NCBI GenBank assembly: GCA_036012125.1
Contig: DASCOS010000004.1
Coordinates: forward strand, 154,094 to 218,093
DNA length: 64,000 nucleotides
Direction of reading: 5' to 3'
From: Vicinamibacterales bacterium
Lineage (GTDB): Bacteria; Acidobacteriota; Vicinamibacteria; Vicinamibacterales; UBA823
Shown here: positions 8,902 to 18,071 of the stretch, piece by piece
How the letters are laid out: each line of letters opens with the position of its first letter
Numbering within the stretch: position 1 is the first letter of the stretch
Made by a program: the position numbers and the translations under genes
Notes under the pieces: model-generated
What the model was told of the DNA's origin: nothing
Database searches by the model: none
What the model saw: the letters and a program-made list of their open reading frames with translations, nothing else

Positions 8902-10116
8902 GTGCCTATCGGATCCGCGGTTCATGACCGCACTTTAGCGCTCTGCAAGAGCTTAAATTATCGCGAATGGTCTGGTTTTTTCTCCGTTAGCGCCTACGAA
9001 GCCCATCACGAACATGAGTATGCGGCCATCCGCACGTCTGCAGCGTTAATCGACATTTCACCCCTCTACAAGTACTTAATTACAGGCAAAGAGGCGACAG
9101 GGTTCGTCAATCGCTTAATCACCCGAGATGCAACAAAGCTTGCCGTAGGCCAGGTTGCGTATACCACTTGGTGCGACGAGGACGGTAAGGTCATTGATGA
9201 TGGGACGGTTTCGCGTCTCGGTGATGACCGGTATCGCTGGACTGCCGCCGATCCCAACCTCCGATGGTTTCAAGGGAACGCTGGCGGGTTCGACATGACT
9301 ATTCGCGACGTGTCGGAGGAGGTCGGTGCCCTCGCGTTACAGGGCCCGACATCAGCCGACGTGTTGAGGCAGGTTGCTGATGTGGACATCGACGCGCTGA
9401 AATACTTCCGCGTCACTAGTGGTGCTATTCGGAATGTGTCGGTCGATGTTTCCCGCACTGGATACACTGGCGACTTGGGCTACGAGATCTGGATGCCTTG
9501 GGAAGACGCAGGCAGGGTATGGGATGCACTGGTCGATCACTCGCAGGATTACCTCGTGCGGCCGGCCGGCATGCTAGCCTTGGACGTGGCTCGAATCGAG
9601 GCTGGTCTATTGCTGACCGAAGTCGATTTCTTTGGCAGCCGGAAGGCGCTCATTCCGTCACAGCGATATTCACCATTCGAGATGGGACTTGATAGGTTGG
9701 TAAGTTTAGACAAGTCTGAATTTGTTGGTCAGCCTGCACTTCGAAATGAGCGGCTTGCTGGACCACCACGAAGGATTGTGGGTCTCGAAATTGACTGGCC
9801 GGCGATTGAGGTGCTCTTTGAGGCAGTTGGACTTCCACCAGAGCCGCCAATAGTGGCATCTCGGGAGGCCGTCCCGGTCTACAGCGGCGGAGAACAGATT
9901 GGCAAGTTAACCTCGATGGTCTGGTCGCCTGTACTAAAAAAACTGATTGCCTTGGCGACAGTCCACCGTAACTACTCGGCTTCCGGCACCAAAATGCTGA
10001 TCGAATTCACCGTTCAGGCAGTTCGACACAAGGTGGAGGCAGTGGTGGTGCCGACGCCGTTCTTCAGTCCTTCGCGAAAAACTGCAACCCCACCGGCCAC
10101 CGCCGAATCGAGCTAG
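8902..10116 (+). CDS. GcvT-family aminomethyltransferase-like (folate-binding) protein
   Basis: 404 aa with a GTG start. HEHEYAAIRTSAALIDISPLYKYLITGKEATGFVNRLITRD...YTGDLGYEIWMPWEDA are typical GcvT/DmdA/sarcosine-oxidase-alpha-type blocks. Confidence 0.75.
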   Translation: MPIGSAVHDRTLALCKSLNYREWSGFFSVSAYEAHHEHEYAAIRTSAALIDISPLYKYLITGKEATGFVNRLITRDATKLAVGQVAYTTWCDEDGKVIDDGTVSRLGDDRYRWTAADPNLRWFQGNAGGFDMTIRDVSEEVGALALQGPTSADVLRQVADVDIDALKYFRVTSGAIRNVSVDVSRTGYTGDLGYEIWMPWEDAGRVWDALVDHSQDYLVRPAGMLALDVARIEAGLLLTEVDFFGSRKALIPSQRYSPFEMGLDRLVSLDKSEFVGQPALRNERLAGPPRRIVGLEIDWPAIEVLFEAVGLPPEPPIVASREAVPVYSGGEQIGKLTSMVWSPVLKKLIALATVHRNYSASGTKMLIEFTVQAVRHKVEAVVVPTPFFSPSRKTATPPATAESS

Positions 10117-10199
10117 AAGTTAGCCTGTCGGTCCCGCCAAGACGTAGCGATATAATGTAGAGTTGCGGCGTTGCACTCCACGCCTGTAAGGAGGAACTC

Positions 10200-10643
10200 A
10201 TGTCTCAAGCACAACCACAAAACTACGCCAATCACGCTCGGATGGTTCCGGCCTTTCACTTTGTCGCACTCCCGATTTTAGCGATCAACTTGTTTTGGTC
10301 CGTGGGTCAAGTCGTGACGGCCGGCCTTTCATTCGAGACCTTACTGGCGGTAGGCGTCGCACTCGCGCTTATAGTCATCGCGTTGTGCGCCAGACTGTTC
10401 GCTCTCTGGGCACAGGACCGCGTCATTCGCCTCGAGATGCGGTTAAAACTGACGGAAGTTCTTTCGGACGAACTTAAGCCGAGGATTGGTGACCTGTCGA
10501 CATCGCAACTTGTGGGACTGCGTTTTGCCAGTGACGCCGAGCTGCCGGGTCTCGTGCGCAAGGTGCTCGAGGGTAGCCTGAGTGACCAGAAAGCAATCAA
10601 GCAGGCAATCACGGCCTGGCAAGCAGACCATCAGCGGGTCTAA
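10200..10643 (+). CDS. Conserved membrane protein of unknown function (2 predicted TM helices)
   Basis: 147 aa. AAGGAGG lies upstream of the ATG. Two hydrophobic helices are followed by a soluble C-terminal domain. I recognise no catalytic motif. Confidence 0.45.
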   Translation: MSQAQPQNYANHARMVPAFHFVALPILAINLFWSVGQVVTAGLSFETLLAVGVALALIVIALCARLFALWAQDRVIRLEMRLKLTEVLSDELKPRIGDLSTSQLVGLRFASDAELPGLVRKVLEGSLSDQKAIKQAITAWQADHQRV

Positions 10644-10675
10644 GGACGGGTAAGGTGCACAAAGGAGTAATCTGA

Positions 10676-11482
10676 ATGACTCAGGTAACCATCACGGCAC
10701 CGGTGCGTCGTTTTGGAGGGACCTCACGGGGGGACGCGTGGTGGCTACAGCCCCTTGCGGTTGCGGCCGGGCTGGGCCTCTTCGTTGCGTATTCAACCTG
10801 GGCTGCCTTTCAGGCCGAGTACTATCACACGGGACCTTACTTATCGCCGTTTTACTCGCCCGAGCTATTTGGTGATTCTCCGCACTCGTGGCTTGGACCG
10901 AAGCCAGCCGCTTGGCCATCTTGGTTACCGTGGTCTCCAGCGTTCCTCATTCTCGGCGTCCCAGTGGGGTTCCGCCTGACCTGCTACTACTATCGCGGTG
11001 CTTACTACAAAGCATTCTGGGCCGACCCGCCGAACTGTGCTGTCGGCGAGCCACGGGAATCATACTTGGGCGAGCGCTCGTTTCCGCTCATTATCCAAAA
11101 CGTGCACCGATACTTTCTCTACCTCGCGCTGGCATTCATTTTGGTTTTAGCCTACGACGCCTGGCAGGGACTATGGTTCGTGGATCCAGCAACGGGCGCC
11201 ACTACCCTAGGTGTCGGCGTGGGCAGTCTCGTGCTTATTCTCAATGTCATCCTGCTTGGCGGCTACACGTTTGGTTGCCACTCGCTACGGCACCTTATCG
11301 GTGGGCACAGAGATCAGTTGTCAGGAATCAATCGATTGCGTCAATCAACGTATGACTGTGTGAGTTGCTTCAATCAACGACACATGCTATGGGCGTGGAT
11401 GAGTCTGGCGTGGGTCGGCTTTACTGATTTTTATATCCGGATGTGTGCAATGGGTATATGGGTTGATTTCCGGCTGTTGTGA
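10676..11482 (+). CDS. Succinate dehydrogenase/fumarate reductase membrane anchor, single large subunit
   Basis: 268 aa, multi-TM and His-rich (HRYFLYL, CHSLRHLIGGH). It sits immediately upstream of sdhA/sdhB. The gene order and size resemble my recollection of the mycobacterial Sdh1 anchor-flavoprotein-FeS arrangement. Confidence 0.6.
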   Translation: MTQVTITAPVRRFGGTSRGDAWWLQPLAVAAGLGLFVAYSTWAAFQAEYYHTGPYLSPFYSPELFGDSPHSWLGPKPAAWPSWLPWSPAFLILGVPVGFRLTCYYYRGAYYKAFWADPPNCAVGEPRESYLGERSFPLIIQNVHRYFLYLALAFILVLAYDAWQGLWFVDPATGATTLGVGVGSLVLILNVILLGGYTFGCHSLRHLIGGHRDQLSGINRLRQSTYDCVSCFNQRHMLWAWMSLAWVGFTDFYIRMCAMGIWVDFRLL

Positions 11483-11519
11483 TGAACCTACGATGCGCTA
11501 ACGTCGGCCAAGGTCGCTG

Positions 11520-13325
11520 ATGGACTATCAAACCTACGAACATGACGTGGTGGTGATTGGTGCGGGCGGTGCTGGGCTCCGGGCCGCGATCGAGTTATCG
11601 GCGTTGGGGGTTTCGGTTGGGGTGGTCTGCAAGTCACTGCTAGGTAAGGCGCACACGGTGATGGCTGAGGGTGGCGTAGCTGCTTCACTTGGCAACGTTG
11701 ATAATCGTGACGCGTGGGGTGTGCACTTCGCAGACACGATGCGTGGCGGGCAGTATATGAACAATGCGCGGATGGCGGAGCTTCACGCCAAGGAGGCCCC
11801 GGAGCGGGTCCGCGAGTTAGAAGCTTGGGGCGCCCTGTTTGACCGGACGGCAGACGGTCGTATTTTACAGCGCAATTTCGGCGGGCATAAATACCCTCGG
11901 CTCGCACATGTTGGTGACCGAACAGGCTTGGAGATGATCCGTACGCTCCAGGACCATGGGATACATCAAGGGATCGATGTGCATATGGAATGCACAGTCC
12001 TTGCTCTTCTTAAGGACGGCGATCGTGTTGTCGGGGCCGTAGCCTACGATCGTGAGCGGGGCCGTTTCCGCGTTTTCCATGCACGTGCAGTGGTGCTAGC
12101 CACTGGCGGTATCGGCAAGGCCTATCGTGTTACGAGTAACTCGTGGGAGTACACCGGGGATGGGCATGCCCTTGCTTACAATGCAGGTGCAGACCTTATC
12201 GACATGGAATTCGTCCAGTTCCATCCGACCGGGATGGTGTGGCCCCCAAGCGTAAGCGGCATCCTGGTAACGGAAGGTGTGCGCGGAGAAGGTGGCGTTC
12301 TGAAAAATAGGGACGGTCACCGTTTCATGTTCGATGAAATTCCTGATTTGTACAAGAATCAGACGGCCGACAACGAAGAGGAGGGTTGGCGCTACACCCA
12401 AGGCGACAAGGATGCGCGGCGTCCTCCTGAGCTGCTAACTCGAGACCACGTGGCGCGTTGTATTGTTCGCGAGATCCGGGAAGGACGAGGTAGTAAGCAC
12501 GGTGGCGTTTATCTCGACATTGCGTGGATTAAAGAGCGATTGTCGAACGGCACCGAACATATCAAGAAGAAGTTGCCGAGTATGTACCACCAATTCAAAC
12601 AGCTGGCGTCAATTGATATTACGCAGCAGCCGATGGAGGTTGGTCCAACCACCCATTACGTTATGGGCGGTGTGCGTGTCGATGCCGATACACAGATGTC
12701 AAACGTACCTGGTTTATTTGCTGCCGGCGAGTGTGCGGGCGGGTTACACGGCGCCAATCGTCTAGGCGGCAACTCACTGTCCGACCTACTTGTGTTTGGT
12801 AAGCGTGCGGGCGAGTACGCCGCAAAGTTTGCGAAAGAGCATAAGCCGGGCGCTGTGAACGCCGATCAGGTGGAGGAGGTAGCCCGGCGTGCGTTGGAGC
12901 CGTTCTCTAGAGAAGGCGAGAGCCCCTATAAGATTCAGCAGGACCTCCAGCAAACGATGCAAGATTTGGTTGGGATCAGTCGTCAGGACGTGGAGATGCG
13001 GAGAGCGCTGGATGAACTCGCAAACCTCCGGGCGCGTGCAGGTTCGGTTGGCGTCATAGGGAATCGAGAGTACAACGCTGGTTGGCACACCGCGCTTGAT
13101 TTACCGCATCTGTTAACCGTTGCGGAGGCTATTACCCGTGCTGCCGTGGAGCGTCGTGAGAGCCGTGGGGCGCACTTTCGCGAAGACTATCTTGCCAAGG
13201 ACGAAGGGTTGGGTCAGGTGAGTTTACTGGTTCGAAAGTTAGGCGATGGGTCGATGCAGGTTGTCCGCGAGCCTATTTCTGAACTGACGCCTGAGTTGGC
13301 CAAGATCGTTGACGACAACAAGTAG
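11520..13325 (+). CDS. sdhA: Succinate dehydrogenase/fumarate reductase flavoprotein subunit
   Basis: 601 aa. DVVVIGAGGAGLRAA, HTVMAEGG (FAD-His), HPTG, HYVMGGV and RESRGAHFRED. Confidence 0.9.
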   Translation: MDYQTYEHDVVVIGAGGAGLRAAIELSALGVSVGVVCKSLLGKAHTVMAEGGVAASLGNVDNRDAWGVHFADTMRGGQYMNNARMAELHAKEAPERVRELEAWGALFDRTADGRILQRNFGGHKYPRLAHVGDRTGLEMIRTLQDHGIHQGIDVHMECTVLALLKDGDRVVGAVAYDRERGRFRVFHARAVVLATGGIGKAYRVTSNSWEYTGDGHALAYNAGADLIDMEFVQFHPTGMVWPPSVSGILVTEGVRGEGGVLKNRDGHRFMFDEIPDLYKNQTADNEEEGWRYTQGDKDARRPPELLTRDHVARCIVREIREGRGSKHGGVYLDIAWIKERLSNGTEHIKKKLPSMYHQFKQLASIDITQQPMEVGPTTHYVMGGVRVDADTQMSNVPGLFAAGECAGGLHGANRLGGNSLSDLLVFGKRAGEYAAKFAKEHKPGAVNADQVEEVARRALEPFSREGESPYKIQQDLQQTMQDLVGISRQDVEMRRALDELANLRARAGSVGVIGNREYNAGWHTALDLPHLLTVAEAITRAAVERRESRGAHFREDYLAKDEGLGQVSLLVRKLGDGSMQVVREPISELTPELAKIVDDNK

Positions 13326-13340
13326 CTTGATGGAAACGAT

Positions 13341-14078
13341 ATGAGCACTGCGAGGTTCAAGATCTGGCGTGGCAACGCCGATGGTGGTGTATTCCAAGAG
13401 TATTCCGTTGAGGTTGCCGAAGGGATGGTTGTACTCGACGTTGTGCTCAAGATTCAGGCTGAGGAGGCGAACGACCTCGGGGTACGCTGGAACTGTAAGG
13501 CAGGGAAATGCGGCTCGTGCTCAGCCGAGGTCAACGGTAATCCTCGGCTCATGTGCATGACCGGCATGGACACGATTCCGACCGATCGACCGATCACGGT
13601 TGAACCAATGCAGACCTTTCCGTTAATCAAGGATCTGGTGACTGATGTCTCATGGAATTTTAGTGTCAAGCAGGGAATCACGCCGTTCACACCTCGGCCA
13701 GCCGATGCTCACGACGGAACCTGGCGGATGCAGCAGCGCGATGTGAATCGGGTTCAGGAATTTAGGAAGTGCATTGAGTGCTTTCTTTGCCAGGACGTCT
13801 GTCACGTCCTGCGCGACCACCGGAAGCATGATGAGTTCATCGGGCCGCGCTTCTTTGTCCACGCGGCGGCTTTGGAAATGCACCCGCTTGATGTTGCTGA
13901 CCGCGTTGAGGAGCTTGCTCAGACCGAGGGGATCGGCTACTGCAATATCACGAAGTGCTGCACCAAGGTCTGTCCTGAAGAGATTACGATCACTGATAAT
14001 GCAATCATACCGCTCAAGGAACGCGTGGTTGACCGCCTTTACGACCCACTTTCGAAACTCTTGCGGATATTTCGATAA
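13341..14078 (+). CDS. sdhB: Succinate dehydrogenase/fumarate reductase iron-sulfur subunit
   Basis: 245 aa with three Cys clusters: CKAGKCGSCSAEVNG...C, CIECFLCQDVC and CNITKCCTKVCP. Confidence 0.9.
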   Translation: MSTARFKIWRGNADGGVFQEYSVEVAEGMVVLDVVLKIQAEEANDLGVRWNCKAGKCGSCSAEVNGNPRLMCMTGMDTIPTDRPITVEPMQTFPLIKDLVTDVSWNFSVKQGITPFTPRPADAHDGTWRMQQRDVNRVQEFRKCIECFLCQDVCHVLRDHRKHDEFIGPRFFVHAAALEMHPLDVADRVEELAQTEGIGYCNITKCCTKVCPEEITITDNAIIPLKERVVDRLYDPLSKLLRIFR

Positions 14079-14101
14079 TGGGATTGTGATTGATCACTAG
14101 A

Positions 14102-14998
14102 CTAGTCCTCATCCCAGAACGCAGCTTCCTCTTCGTCCCATCGTTGCCGGCGAATTTTACGCTTCTGACGGTGACTCCAGATCGCCAGCAAAGCAAGTAG
14201 TGTCACGGCCGACCAAAGCGTGTAACCGCCGGTGAGAAATGGTAACCAGCGTTCAACGACAGACTGATTCATCATGAATTCCAGTTCTAGTGATGTCAGT
14301 GACCGTCCTGTCGCCACTTGAGTCGCTGCATCGAACGAGTGACCAGCGGCGACCGTCGACAGAATCTTAGCCGGTGCCGTGACCCCGTACTCGTGAATCA
14401 ATCGACGCACGAGCGCACCCGAAATAGCATAAGCTCGCTCGGCGGCGACACGGCCTTGGCCGAATCGGTGATTGAGGGATTCGAACGACATCTGGTGATC
14501 AACGACTCGGGTCCAGGCAAATCGAGTGCGGTCGGTAAGGCTCCAAGGCCGCTCAACCGTAATCGCTAATCCCTCGTCGAACCACCGGGGCAAGGGACGG
14601 CCGCGGGCGGCCCGCCCGATCAGTACGTGAGCGATCTCATGGCGCAATACAGATTCCAGCGAGTTATTCGGATAAGAAGGTGTTCTGGTAGGAAAGAGGG
14701 CAATCAGATTATGTTCGGTGACAGCATAACCAGCGACCCAATTTGGTATGCCATTTCGCCGTGCCACCGATTCGGTGACTAGTTCCACCAAGATAGGCGC
14801 TGCTAGGCCACGCACATCGGAAAGCCAGGGAGTCTCAAGTAATGGATTGGGGTCGTAATTTCTGATCTGTCTGGCGATCCCGCTGAACTCCTCCGGCGCC
14901 CTCACCTCAAGCCGTAGGGTCTGCGCGCTAACCGGTGTTGTGAATAAACAGACTGTGACCCACCAGAGGACGAACGTAGCACTCTGCCAAAGCCGCAT
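14102..14998 (-). CDS. Putative zinc metallopeptidase (HExxH) with signal peptide and C-terminal TM anchor
   Basis: LRHEIAHVLIG gives the HExxH motif, with a downstream FDEGLA. The start is moved to the internal Met (MRLWQSATFVLWWV..., 14998) to remove the overlap with the upstream gene. The C-terminal TM segment is followed by a KRKIRRQRWDEEE tail. Confidence 0.5.
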   Translation of the reverse strand: MRLWQSATFVLWWVTVCLFTTPVSAQTLRLEVRAPEEFSGIARQIRNYDPNPLLETPWLSDVRGLAAPILVELVTESVARRNGIPNWVAGYAVTEHNLIALFPTRTPSYPNNSLESVLRHEIAHVLIGRAARGRPLPRWFDEGLAITVERPWSLTDRTRFAWTRVVDHQMSFESLNHRFGQGRVAAERAYAISGALVRRLIHEYGVTAPAKILSTVAAGHSFDAATQVATGRSLTSLELEFMMNQSVVERWLPFLTGGYTLWSAVTLLALLAIWSHRQKRKIRRQRWDEEEAAFWDED

Positions 14999-15029
14999 AA
15001 TGGCCACCTTGTCGCTCGAGTAAAGATGG

Positions 15030-16100
15030 TCAGTGTCCGAGCACACTCGTGATTGCGTCACGGTCGGGTGTTTGGAGGGGAAGGGTGACACCGTTTGCTT
15101 CAATCGTTACACCTGCCGCTGCTGGTCGCACTTCAGCGATTACGACTGCTGGAATGTTCTGCAACTCCAGTGCTGCGATAATTCGATCCGTATCGTTCCC
15201 AGGTGCACCGATCAGTAATGCACCCGACGCAATGAGCCGCATTGGATCCACTTTGAACGGGCGGCAAATAGCAGCGGTTTCTGGAAAAATCGGAACCTGG
15301 TCAGATCGAAGATGAAGACCGGTCGACGAGGCCGCAGCCAACTCGCAGAGTCCACCAATTAAACCGCCTTCCGTGGGGTCGTGCATGGCATGCACAGAAC
15401 CGACTTCAAGCGCGGTGCGAACAGCATCGACCACACTGATGCCGGGATCGAACAGAAACTGCTCAGCGCGGGCGAGCACATCGTCGGTTACCTGCCCACG
15501 AAGAACGTCACGCTTCTCGCGTGCCAGGAGGGCAGTGCCTTCGATGGCGACCCCTTGCGTGAGAATAATCTGATCGCCGACTTCTAGTCCGGTCTTTGCT
15601 ACGAGTCGGTCACGCGTGACTTCACCCAGCATCTGGCCAATTACGATCGGCCGATCGAGGCCAGTGGTAATCTCAGTGTGTCCACCGCAGACGGTTATTC
15701 CGAGGGATTGAGCAGTGTCGTGCACGTCCCTCATGATTCCGTCGATAAGTGTCTCGGTGGTGTTGTGTTCGGGCAAGAGCAGCACGACAGAAAGCCACCG
15801 CGGAGTGGCACCCATAACCGCGATATCGTTGGCGTTAACATGGACGGTATACCAGCCAATGCGATCCGTAGCAAAGGTGACCGGGTCGGTCGTGACAACG
15901 AGGCAACGGTCAGCAAATGTAATTACTGACGCGTCTTCACCCACCTTCGGTCCGATGATTACACGGGGATCCTCCCGGCGTAGCCCCGCAAGTAGAGTTC
16001 GGAGCTTGTCGGCGGGAAGTTTCCCAGGTTGAACGCGCGGAAATTGATTATCTGAGGGCACGGGGGCGCCGAGGGTAGCACGCGGTAGAAGACCGGTCAA
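15030..16100 (-). CDS. AIR-synthase-related (PurM/ThiL/HypE/SelD superfamily) protein of unknown specific function
   Basis: 356 aa. GEDASVITF...VTTDP...HVNANDIAVMGATPRWL...GGHTE...HDPTEGGL is the PurM-superfamily ATP-binding pattern. It has no SelD-type N-terminal Cys/Sec-Gly-x-Lys loop. Confidence 0.7.
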   Translation of the reverse strand: MTGLLPRATLGAPVPSDNQFPRVQPGKLPADKLRTLLAGLRREDPRVIIGPKVGEDASVITFADRCLVVTTDPVTFATDRIGWYTVHVNANDIAVMGATPRWLSVVLLLPEHNTTETLIDGIMRDVHDTAQSLGITVCGGHTEITTGLDRPIVIGQMLGEVTRDRLVAKTGLEVGDQIILTQGVAIEGTALLAREKRDVLRGQVTDDVLARAEQFLFDPGISVVDAVRTALEVGSVHAMHDPTEGGLIGGLCELAAASSTGLHLRSDQVPIFPETAAICRPFKVDPMRLIASGALLIGAPGNDTDRIIAALELQNIPAVVIAEVRPAAAGVTIEANGVTLPLQTPDRDAITSVLGH

Positions 16101-16183
16101 TTCTCAGCTGGTGTGACCACCAGGGTCCTATTCAGGCGTTCTTTGTATAATGAAACGTTGGTCTGCGCATGGAAGAGTAGAGC

Positions 16184-16780
16184 ATGGTTAAACGCACTGT
16201 GACATCGCGGTTGCCGACGCGGTATGGAGAGTTCTTACTGCATGCTTACCTCGAGGAGCGTGAGGGCGAGGCAGCACGTGTACACCTCGCGTTGGTGCGC
16301 GGGTCGACCGACTCGGAATCAAAACCGCTGCTCCGCATACACTCGGAATGTCTAACCGGCGACCTGCTCGCTTCGATACGGTGTGATTGTGGCGAGCAAC
16401 TCGATCAGGCGCTAGCGGCCATCGGAGAGGCTCCTGCGGGCATCCTAATCTACCTACGGCAAGAAGGCCGTGGAATCGGACTTCTGAACAAACTGCGCGC
16501 CTATAACCTGCAGGATGATGGACTCGATACGGTCGAAGCTAATATCCATCTTGGCTTCGAACCTGATGAACGAGATTATTCAGTCGCTGTAGACATACTC
16601 GAGGACCTCGGTGTAATGGCTATTCGGTTGCTCACGAACAATCCGAATAAGGTTGCAGCTTTCGAGCGTTCGCGTGTGCGGGTTATTGAGCGGGTGCCGC
16701 TGGTGGTGAGCGAAACAGCGGAGAATGCAAACTATCTTGAAACAAAGCGGCGGCGACTCGGCCACATGCGTCGCGGGTGA
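16184..16780 (+). CDS. ribA: GTP cyclohydrolase II
   Basis: 198 aa. RIHSECLTGDLLASIRCDCGEQL...YLRQEGRGIGLLNKLRAYNLQDDGLDTVEAN...IRLLTNNPNK. Confidence 0.9.
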   Translation: MVKRTVTSRLPTRYGEFLLHAYLEEREGEAARVHLALVRGSTDSESKPLLRIHSECLTGDLLASIRCDCGEQLDQALAAIGEAPAGILIYLRQEGRGIGLLNKLRAYNLQDDGLDTVEANIHLGFEPDERDYSVAVDILEDLGVMAIRLLTNNPNKVAAFERSRVRVIERVPLVVSETAENANYLETKRRRLGHMRRG

Positions 16781-16853
16781 CCACTTGCGTAGAATCGTGA
16801 CACATCCGGTAGTTAAGGCGTGCCGCTGGAAATGGTAATCGGGCAGGTGCAAT

Positions 16854-17957
16854 ATGGAAGCTGCCTGGCTTAACCCACGCGAGCGATGTATTCCGACCGA
16901 CCCCGTTATTTCCTCTAAGGAACTCGGTTTGGTCGAGGCTTTCTATGGCGCTCGTCCCGAACTCAAACCGACACCCTTGCATCGGCTCAGAGGCATCGCT
17001 GAAGAGCTCAGCCTCGGCGAGGTTCTCATAAAAGACGAATCCAGTCGTTTTGGACTGAACGCGTTCAAGATTCTTGGTGTGTTGTACGCGTTCCACCGAA
17101 TCATGGAGAGTCGCGTCTCTAACGAGGCACCGATTGTGGTCTGTGCCTCAGCTGGAAACCATGGAAGGGCTGTCGCTTGGGCGGCGCGCGAGTTCGGCTT
17201 CACGGCAAGGGTGTATTTACCGGTTGGCACGGCTCCTGCGCGAGTTGACGCCATCGCGAATGAAGGCGCCGACGTCGTGGTTACGGATGTCGGCTACGAA
17301 GGTTCAATTCGGCGCGTGGTGCGTGATGCGAGGCGTGAGGGCTGGCTGATAATTTCCGACACCTCGTGGCCGGGTTATGACGAGGTGCCTCGATGGATTA
17401 TGGCGGGATACACATGGATGATGGCGGAGGTCCAGGCACAATGGTCTTCCGTGCCTGATGTGGTGATCGTACAGGGTGGCGTTGGCGGTCTAGTTTGTGC
17501 TGGGGCAAGCTGGTTCGCACAGCACCACGGCACGAGCCGACCGTTCTTTATTGCTGCCGAGCCGACGGTAGCGCCATGTTTACTTGAATCAGCACGGATT
17601 GGCCGTCCGACAGTTGTACCAGAACACGACACAATGATGGCCTGCCTCAAGTGTGCCGAGATTTCACCGATCATCTGGCCGGTACTCGCCGACGCGGTCG
17701 ATGCTGTTGTAACGATTGACGATGAAAGGGCTGCGTGGGCGATGCGGCGCCTTGCACATCCTTTAGCGGGTGACCCCGAAATTGTGGCGGGTGCTTCCGG
17801 TGCATGTGGACTCGGGGCCCTCCAGGCAATCATGAGTCATGATGTGTTCCAGTCCGTCCGCGACAGCGCCAACCTTGGTCCTCAGTCGAGTGTCCTTGTC
17901 GTCAATACCGAGGGGGCCACCGACCCCACGCTCTACCGTTCAATTGTTGGCGATTAA
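16854..17957 (+). CDS. dpaL: Diaminopropionate ammonia-lyase-like PLP enzyme (Trp-synthase beta fold)
   Basis: 367 aa. TPLHRL...IKDESSRFGLNAFKILGVLYAF...ASAGNHGRAVAWAA matches the DpaL signature DESxRFGLNAFKxLG. Confidence 0.65.
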   Translation: MEAAWLNPRERCIPTDPVISSKELGLVEAFYGARPELKPTPLHRLRGIAEELSLGEVLIKDESSRFGLNAFKILGVLYAFHRIMESRVSNEAPIVVCASAGNHGRAVAWAAREFGFTARVYLPVGTAPARVDAIANEGADVVVTDVGYEGSIRRVVRDARREGWLIISDTSWPGYDEVPRWIMAGYTWMMAEVQAQWSSVPDVVIVQGGVGGLVCAGASWFAQHHGTSRPFFIAAEPTVAPCLLESARIGRPTVVPEHDTMMACLKCAEISPIIWPVLADAVDAVVTIDDERAAWAMRRLAHPLAGDPEIVAGASGACGLGALQAIMSHDVFQSVRDSANLGPQSSVLVVNTEGATDPTLYRSIVGD

Positions 17958-18071
17958 GTGTCGCTGATAACCCCTGCCATCCTTTTAGTGAGCTCACTTG
18001 CTCGTGGTGCGAATCCCGGGGATGATACAGCCCCGTGATCAACTGACGCGGGTGAGCGCTGCGAAGACGAC

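Noticed and set aside
15030-16100. AIR-synthase-like gene as selenophosphate synthetase SelD
   Set aside because: It lacks the N-terminal glycine-rich loop with Cys/Sec-Gly-x-Lys that characterises SelD. The resemblance is at superfamily level only.
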